The notes below the pieces were generated by a model. The model saw only the letters and a list, made by a program, of their open reading frames with translations. It did no database searches and was not told the DNA's origin. DNA of 64,000 bases from Bilabrum cf. latius (taxonomy: Eukaryota), in NCBI GenBank assembly GCA_965178125.1, contig OZ237751.1, forward strand, positions 434,001 to 498,000. Reading direction: 5' to 3'. This document shows, in pieces, positions 60,301 through 64,000 of this stretch (position 1 is its first letter; the number at the start of each line of letters is the position of its first letter). Both the position numbers and the translations under genes were made by a program.

Positions 60301-63300
60301 GCAGGTTCCAGCCGTTTGATTCGGACCACGAGCATGAAGCGCGGTGCCATGGCAACGAATTCCAGCTCTCCTGGATAGGCCAGCCTCCAAGCATCACCAA
60401 GCAGAGCAGATTCACCGGATAGCGACGGGGCAGATGCGTCATCTTCCATGCAGAATATGCTGGCGTCGAACCTCGAGAAGCACCTAGTGCGTGCGCAGTC
60501 CTTGCAGGAGGTGCTCGAGAACAAGGACGCGGGCAGGGGATTCGAGCAAGGATACGAGCAAGCCAGAGGAGAACGAGCTGCGACGCAGCAGCGCTTGCGG
60601 CGCGGTGATGGGGCGCAAACTCCGCAGTTCCGTGGGGATGATGAGCAACCTCTGAATGCGACAACGGGTTCTGCTACCTTGGATGAGGAAGCCACGCCTG
60701 GTGTTGTAGCTGAGAAGGAAGATGATGAGTTGAGTGGCAAGGGTGAAGATTTAATGGGCGGTTTCGAGGACGTAGAGGATGACACCCCGAAGCCTTCGCC
60801 GAGCACGGAGGAGTTGCTGGACGATGCTACCGGAGTAATCGGTTTAGATTCAGAAGCGTCTGGGAGTTCTCGTAAAGCTGGTGGCGAGTCAAACGACGAT
60901 CCAGAGGCTGATGATTCGTCCGACGATTCGTTGGACGAGCTGGACGTGAGCTTTGCATCGTCAGTGGCGATTCCAGCGAACGGTCTGCAGGCCGATGAGC
61001 TGGGGCTGCTTGACATCTCCGACGTGCATGCGGATGGCCGAGACAGGAAACACAAGAAGCACGGATCCAAGAAAAGCAGAGATAAGGAGAAGGACGATGC
61101 ATCCAAGTCGCAAGCTAGTAGCAGCGATTCAGGCTCATCTTTAGGCAGCCGTCCGAGCAAGACCAGCAGCAACCGCAGCAAGAAATCAGGGCTACAGGCT
61201 GCGTTCGATGCATTTGAGTCTGATTCTGAATAGAGCAGCAGCGAGGCCTCCCAAAGAGACAACGATGATCCTACACTGGACAGAGGAGGGGGTAAGCGCT
61301 TGCATCGCAAGGCAAGTAAAAGATAGCGGAACCGTCGGCCGGGCAGCAAAGGCGACATGAAGCGACCAGCCAGCGTGCGAGCCATGTCGCGAGGCTCGAC
61401 CCGCGCTCAGCTCACGAGCAGTCCTCGAGGCCACCGAGTCCGCACACGGGCAGAAACACTGGCAAGTGCCACTGCCAGTGGGTAGGAGACCGTGCGGGGC
61501 GACAGACGCCACTCGAAGTCCCACCGAAACCGCAAGCGAACGAACTCGGAGGACAGCTCTGGCAGCGGCAGCAACACAGGCTCTGACTCGGAAGAGAGCC
61601 TGGATGATGAGGGCAAGAAAGTTCTTCGGAAAGCGTTCGGTGCGAAGGATCGTGGCTCCATGCATTCAGATGACGGCTCGGGCGAAGACAAGGAGCAGAT
61701 GGGCGGGGCAGCCGCAGACAAGCGCAAGGACCACGATGACAAGCAGCATCGCAAGCACGGTAGAGGTTCAAAGAAGCAGAAGGGAAAGGGTCACGCTGAC
61801 GGTCAGCAGGCTGGGTCAGTGGCTAAGCAGCAGAGAGACATCATCAACGCTCAGCTGCAGGCGCTCACGGGAGCCGGGAATGACAGCGCACGGGCCGCGT
61901 CGGCCCAGTCCTTCCGTCTGGGTAGCAGAGCAGGAAGCAGTCGTGCGCCAGTCAAGGTAGGCGAGACTGGAAGCTCGGGGCAGGTGCGCGACGAGGATCT
62001 GGATGTGGACGTGGACGAGCTTGTGGAAGATGAGGACCTGGACGAGGAGGACGAGCCGAATGCTGGATCGAAGAAATCCTCCTCGCCCAGGGCAAGACAC
62101 GGCAGCAGCATGCGTGCAGGAAGCATGCGGGCCGGCTCATCGCATTCAAAGCACCGCAGCAGGTCCGGATCAAGAGAGAGCCGATCCGGAGCTCGAAGTC
62201 CGCGCATTGCTCAGTATTCTGCGGAAGGAATCCGCATCGAGCCTGACCACGGCAGAGGTGCCAGTGCAGGCCCAGACAGGAGTGTTTCGAATCAGCTAGT
62301 TTCAGCCATCCAAACTGGGGAGCTTTTTGTTGCAAAGAAGCCGGGCAAGTCGTTGCTTGCTGCAGACTCTGCAGAGTCTCAGCCTGGAACGAAGGACGAG
62401 TTTGGGCTAGTGCGCCTTGGACAGGGGCAGGGGTCAGCAAGCGGTGCTGGAATGGAGCCAAAGATTTCTCTGTCTCAAATGCAAGCAGACGAGCTTATTG
62501 AGGCAGGGACGAGGACCGTTGGTGGCAAGATTAAAGGCAAGAGCAAGGGCAGACGCCGCTCAATGTCTCGCCGCTCTTCCATGCAACGGAGCAAAGCAGC
62601 TCTGTTCGAGAAGCGAGAAAAACGGGCACAGCGACGCTTCTCCGTTGCTGTCGCCAACACATCTTCTGTTCAGAGACTGAGTCACATGAAATCTACCGCG
62701 GCATCAAAAGCAGCAGACTACGGAACTGGGATGCCCACGCGATTTCGGAAGCAGAGGAGGAGGGCATCCATCGCAGCGACGGGCGGCAGGCTGCTTCAGA
62801 GCGAGACGGGTCAAGTCAAGAATTCCCGTGCTAAGACGAAGGCTGTGGTGGTCAGGATGATGCTAGCGAGCAAGGCATAGTCCTAGAAAGACGGCTCCAA
62901 ACCAGAGCATTCTCCCTCGACCGCACCCGCCGCAGCCAAAGCCAAGTCTGGGCGGTAGCTTCCCAAGCTTGCCATCAAGATCGCTGACCCAAGCGCAGCT
63001 GCTGCCGGGGCCAGCAGCAGCACCAAATCGAAGTCGGCTGCATCCTCGTCTGCCGCAGCGCGTCATCAGAATCAGAATCGGCACCACGAGCAGCCCATCC
63101 ACTCGGCCGATAAAACGGCCCAGGCTCTGGACGGACTCGCTAGGCAGCGCAACTCCGATTGGATCTCCGAGCAGATCGGCGCCAACGAGGACTGCTTACC
63201 TTCCGCACTCAAGAAGAAACTCAGGTTGCTTGCTCAGGAAGTGGCGGCCGGCTCACACGCCGATGTGTCGAAGAGAGTTGAAGAGGCAGCGGCGGCAAGC

Positions 63301-64000
63301 CACAAGATTGCCAACTCCAAAGCATCTTCTGGGGCAAGCACTGGCAGTGCAGGCAGCAAGCATTACTGGGATGCAAGAGCTCCGATAGAGGCTGAGGGCT
63401 CGCAAGGGATGAGCCCCGCAAGCAGCCTGGGTGACGTAGTTTCGTTTGCAATCCAGAAGACTCTGGGAACGGCCGATGCGGCCCTTTCAAAGGCGAAGCC
63501 ATCAACCGTCGACGGCCAGGACGGAGAGCCTCCAGAGGACGAATCACTGCTGAACGATCCTGTCGCGCAGCACAAGGCCGATGCGCTTCGAAAAGACAAA
63601 GATGAGCGGCTGCACAACCGGATTGCGCTGGCATGCGCCACCCCGTTCTCCCGGGGAGTCAATCTAGCTGTCATAGACGACCTATCCAGGGCTTCCTTCA
63701 TCTCTTACTATGAGAGTGGAGAATATGGCCGGGGCGTGAAGCTGGCATGCAAGATTACCAAGCGCTATCTAAGGTCTCTCGTGCGCCCAAGTGAGATTGC
63801 GCAGCGGGCGAAGCAGGCAGCTGAGCTGTCTCAGTCTATGGGTGGTGGCCTCGGCATGGCGGGCAAAGGACGCAAGCTGGGTGCAGGGGCTGGGCACGCA
63901 GCCGCGCGGGGCCTCCGGTCAAGGCCCGGCTCCAAGCAGCGGGTGGTAGTGATCGATGTTGATGACACGGCTCTCAGCAGCTACCAATACATGCTTCGAA
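51370..64000 (+). CDS. Giant intronless protein (>4200 aa, continues past the window) with Tudor-like, TPR and HAD acid-phosphatase (class IIIB)-like domains
   Basis: Sixteen track ORFs (51835 to 61492) lie in one frame with about 29 TAGs and no TAA/TGA. Tudor-like YKRGDRVVVRVPGRESFRGTVLESHPDGTYDV (~55250-55357); TPRs (~56095-56370); ISYYESGEYGRGV...RYL...VVVIDVDDTALSSY (~63700-63990). Confidence 0.8.

Noticed and set aside
1-64000. Interpreting the interrupted genes as pseudogenes or sequencing errors
   Set aside because: The interruptions are exclusively TAG, with no frameshifts other than intron-explained ones. Catalytic motifs are intact and conserved housekeeping genes (AAR2, Bdp1) are affected.
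1-64000. Suppressor tRNA(CUA), eRF1 gene, endogenous virophage or transposon
   Set aside because: I recognised none by eye: no cloverleaf, no long AT-rich insertion, and no integrase, RT or transposase motifs. A tRNAscan-SE run would be needed to exclude a tRNA.

Overview
This is eukaryotic nuclear DNA: GC-rich, gene-dense, with short GT-AG introns and many A/G/S-rich low-complexity insertions. That style suggests a heterotrophic protist, possibly a bicosoecid/Cafeteria-like stramenopile, but the taxon is inference only. The main result is a variant genetic code in which TAG is a sense codon for Gln while TGA and TAA remain stops. The supplied ORF track is fragmented because it stops at TAG. 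Reading TAG as Q joins the fragments into 23 genes (two cut by the window edges), with about 120 in-frame TAGs by hand count in 20 of the genes and no in-frame TAA or TGA seen. Of the 21 visible gene ends, 19 are TGA and 2 are TAA. Recognisable genes: pyroglutamyl peptidase I, AAR2, Bdp1, CHID1-like GH18, LRRC34, a C2H2 zinc-finger array, an ankyrin protein, a single-domain voltage-gated channel, NDUFB4, a G8/CEMIP-like surface protein, a KANSL3/TEX30-like hydrolase, two tandem RanBP2-ZnF/RBR ligase paralogs, a kelch protein, a PINK1-like kinase with ARM repeats, a GH29 fucosidase, an FAD oxidoreductase and a YjjX-type NTPase. There are also four hypothetical genes and a >4200-codon Tudor/TPR/HAD ORF that runs off the right edge. 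No tRNA, rRNA, CRISPR array or mobile element was recognised. All homology calls come from remembered family motifs, not database searches.
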